Origin: Lytechinus pictus
Taxonomy: Eukaryota
Direction: 5' to 3'
Assembly (NCBI RefSeq): GCF_037042905.1
Contig: NC_087251.1
Location: 6,388,001 to 6,452,000 of the forward strand
Length of the DNA: 64,000 bases
Within the stretch, counting starts at the first letter, position 1; each line of letters opens with the position of its first letter. A model generated the notes under the pieces. The model was given only the letters and a program-made list of their open reading frames with translations, ran no database searches and was not told where the DNA came from. A program made the position numbers and the translations under genes. This document shows, piece after piece, positions 61,601-64,000 of this stretch.

Positions 61601-63960
61601 TCCTGAGGATGTACCCAATGGTGAGATGCCAAGACATTTACAGCTATTCTGTGACAGGTGGGTAGTAGAACATATCAAAACTAGGGTATTCACTCTTAAT
61701 GCCTCAAAACATAGTGGAGGGTTGTTCTTTTGGGATTATCCTCTGAATTACAAGTTAACATTAGAATATGAGAAACATGCATTTGTGTGGTTTAAAGAAA
61801 CACTACAATGATGGGATATTGAATGGTGTAATACCAAAACCCATACAGTTAACAGTTTTCTTTGTGTTACAGTGACAGAGGTACATTAAGTAATAGGGAG
61901 AGGGTTAAAGGACAAGTCCACCCCAACAAAAAGATTATTTGAATAAAAGGGAAAAAAATCCAACAAGAATAACACTAAAAATTTCATCAAAATCGGATGC
62001 AAAATAAGAAAGTTATGACATTTAATGTTTTGCATAATTTCACAAAACAGTTATATGCACAGTGTTTGGTATGCAAATGAGGAGACTGATGATGTCATCC
62101 ACTCACTATTTCTTTTGTATTTTATTATATGAAATATTCTAATTTTCTCATTGTCAAGTAAAACAAACAATTCCTCCATGAACATGTGGAATTAGCATTG
62201 TTTAATGCTACATGTATATGGTTCAGTCAAGTTGGTCCTTATTTTCAAATCTGTAAAAAGTGAAATATAATAAAATTCAAACAATAAAAAACAAAAGAAA
62301 TAGTGAGTGAGGGACATCATTGACTGTCTCATTTGTATGTCACTGAGTTGTGCATATCACTGTTTTGTGAAAAATAAGTGAAACTTTAAAATGTAACTTT
62401 CTTATTTCACATCCGATTTTGATGAAATTTTTAGCATTATGCTAGTTTGATATATCTTTTTATATTCAAATCAACATTTTTCTGGGGTGGACTTGACCTT
62501 TAACCATCTCTCCTGGCTCCTGGTTACTCTTATATTGAGGGGGGGGGGGCTGAGATATGGTATTTTAATACTATCCAAACCCCCAGTTTTAATGGAAATC
62601 AAATATCAAACTCACTTTCAGATGGGCTTGCCTGCCAAGTAGGGAATAATTTATTCCCAGTTGAATAGAATTACCTAATTTTCTGAGCCACAGAATACTA
62701 ATAGGCATGTTTCACTTTCCATTTTATGATTGTTAGGTATTTGTGTGAGAAGGTTGTTCCTGGTAATAGAGTGACCATCATTGGAGTCTATTCCATCAAG
62801 AAGGCTGGACCAGTTTCCAAGGTAATTCAGATATGAACATCATTTGAAAAACAATATCAAAAACTTGGATTTTTGCTTTTACATGCTGGTATTGAAATAA
62901 ATGATCAGAATATAAGTTAAGAGCTGGGGCCCTGTTAATGTGATGGTCGCTTTGCCATCCAATGATAATTACCATGGTAACAATACTTGAGGTCCAATCA
63001 AAACCAAGGTTACCATGGAAGGTATGATCGGATGACAAGTTACCATCATAGTAAATATCTTCCAACAGGACCCTGACAGCATACACTTATACTAGCACTT
63101 TGATGTGACCTTACATTTTACAATGAAGTTATAACTCAATTGAACTTTAGAACTTTTATATTCATCTTGTTTGTTGAAGATCAAATAAGAATTCTATTGA
63201 AAATTAGTTAAATGTAAAATTTGTAATATGTAAAATTTATTTTTTATTTACAGCGTACACGTAAGAACAAGGTAGCAGTAGGAATCCGTAACCCTTACAT
63301 CCGTGTTGTTGGTATTGAAGTTGATCAGGAAGGGTTAGGAAGGACTAGTGCTGCCCATCAGGTTACTCCTCAAGAAGAAGAAGAGTTCAGGCGTCTTTCT
63401 GCCAATCCTAATGTCTATGACATCATCGCGCGTAGTATAGCACCCTCTATCTATGGAAGTATAGGTAAGTTTAAGAGTTTGTGGGTGATAGACATTGAGA
63501 AGACTTGGAAATTGAGAAAGTAAAGATTAATGATATTATGTCTTTGTGTTTGTTAGAAGAAATCTTTTTAGATCTCCTCAAAATCTTCTTTGAGTTTTCT
63601 GCTCCTCTATACCAAGAAAGAGTCTTTAGACAATTTAAGCCTGAACAAGTAAAGAAAAAATTACAAGGGATGATTTCAGTGTATATATTTGCATTTTGAT
63701 CCATGTTATTCACCTATTTATAACAAGACTTTTAATTGTTGATGATGTGTTGTATGCACCAATTGACTATGTACAATCCTGACTTTCTTTCATTCTCAGA
63801 TGTAAAGAAGGCGATCTCATGTCTGTTGTTTGGCGGATCCCGTAAGCGTCTTCCTGATGGTCTGATACGCCGTGGTGACATCAATCTCCTGTTGCTAGGT
63901 GACCCTGGTACAGCTAAGAGTCAGCTTCTCAAGTTTGTAGAGAAGGTCTCTCCTATTGGG
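50315..63960 (+). CDS. MCM5: DNA replication licensing factor MCM5, first 8 coding exons; continues past the window
   Basis: Exons 50315-50469 ([22 protein letters not shown]), 58562-58688 ([10 protein letters not shown]), 59118-59246 (ADEVTRPRP), 59577-59749 (IQCRSCR..PRKC), 61502-61657 ([34 protein letters not shown]), 62737-62821, 63254-63464 (SIAPSIYG), 63800-63960 ([21 protein letters not shown]alker A). Confidence 0.98.
50767..51262. mobile_element. MITE with GG termini and 8-bp TSD (Merlin-like)
   Basis: GGTAAGAGTTCCAT..ATATGCACCC / GGGTGCATAT..ATGGAACTCTTTCC; TSD AAAATTCA at 50759-50766 and 51263-51270. Confidence 0.75.
51631..51774. mobile_element. Small branched-hairpin element with TAG..CTA termini
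   Basis: Stem TGAGGACTTCGTGATGATATTTTT / AAAAATATCATCATGAAGTCCTCA encloses two ATATTTTGACATA..TATGTCAAAATAT hairpins; ATAATAAA occurs on both flanks. Confidence 0.65.
52141..53556 (-). mobile_element. 5'-truncated CR1-group (L2/Crack/Daphne-like) LINE fragment
   Basis: RT C-terminus [41 protein letters not shown], frameshifted by a short ATACTTT duplication near 53231-53247. The 3'UTR has a GGGGGAAC..GTTCCCCC stem and a (TTGAA)n tail at 52141-52165. Confidence 0.85.
53784..54674. mobile_element. 891-bp fold-back (near-perfect palindrome) element with an 8-bp TSD
   Basis: Arms mirror around about 54229; termini TAGTCTTGAGGACGC / GCGTCCTCAAGACCA; TSD ATTTCACC at 53776-53783 and 54675-54682. 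Confidence 0.9.
55316..55809. mobile_element. 494-bp fold-back element
   Basis: Arms mirror around about 55568 (TTTGTTATGATTCATAACAAA); termini TAACCCAGGGAGC / GCTCCCTGGGTTA; GATCTAGAT on both flanks. Confidence 0.88.
56286..56529. repeat. About 245-bp inverted repeat (fold-back MITE)
   Basis: TTATTGCAGCCTA..GAGACG.GTATAGAGGGCGGCAAAATCATGAG..GGTGCTAGATAAAAA is mirrored on the right. Confidence 0.85.
56702..57900 (+). mobile_element. HINE/DINE-1-like element, uninterrupted relative of 5969-10958
   Basis: T-run, subTIR GTCTCGCCTGCAT (56707-56719) plus IR, (GCG)n, internal tandem units, 3' subTIR ATGCAGGCGAGAC (57866-57878), short hairpin, TT. Confidence 0.75.
59953..61293. mobile_element. Tc1/mariner-like non-autonomous element with TA TSD and about 300-bp imperfect TIRs
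   Basis: TA|CAGTGTGTATAAAAAAACGGGACAG ... CTGTCCCGTTTTTTTATACGCACTG|TA; internal mirrors (GTTCATGCTTGAGCGAACA, CTAATCAGCAGACTTCCTC). Confidence 0.85.
61905..62503. mobile_element. Kolobok-like TTAA MITE, same family as 32715-33314
   Basis: TTAA|AGGACAAGTCCACCCCAACAAAAAG ... TCTGGGGTGGACTTGACCT|TTAA. Confidence 0.88.
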
Positions 63961-64000
63961 GTGAGTGAAGAATGTAGCTAGTATGATCATTAAGCATGAA

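Overview
AT-rich, intron-rich animal genomic DNA. A sea urchin or other echinoderm is my inference from the repeat types; it is not proven. Four spliced genes form two head-to-head pairs. (1) B3GALNT2 (minus, ATG 18493, runs off the left edge) sits back-to-back with an F-box/WD40 gene (plus, 18758-28324, 12 coding exons). (2) A COQ8/ADCK3-4 atypical kinase (minus, 47465-33854, 14 coding exons) sits back-to-back with MCM5 (plus, ATG 50315, runs off the right edge). I built the exons by hand; all introns are GT-AG and the phases are consistent. The introns hold a 5'-truncated Tx1/L1-type LINE nested in a Helentron-associated (HINE/DINE-like) element, an L2/Crack-type LINE fragment, tRNA-derived SINEs and many MITEs. 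The most unusual observations are: a 32 x 60-bp minisatellite built from a B3GALNT2 exon end plus its splice donor; a cluster of long fold-back palindromes confined to MCM5 intron 1, two with outward-facing promoter-like motifs and splice donors; and recurrent TACATGTA / TAGATCTA / TAGGCCTA octamers that look like DNA-transposon excision footprints. No prokaryotic system or CRISPR array is present. Transposon superfamily calls rest on termini and TSD length only.
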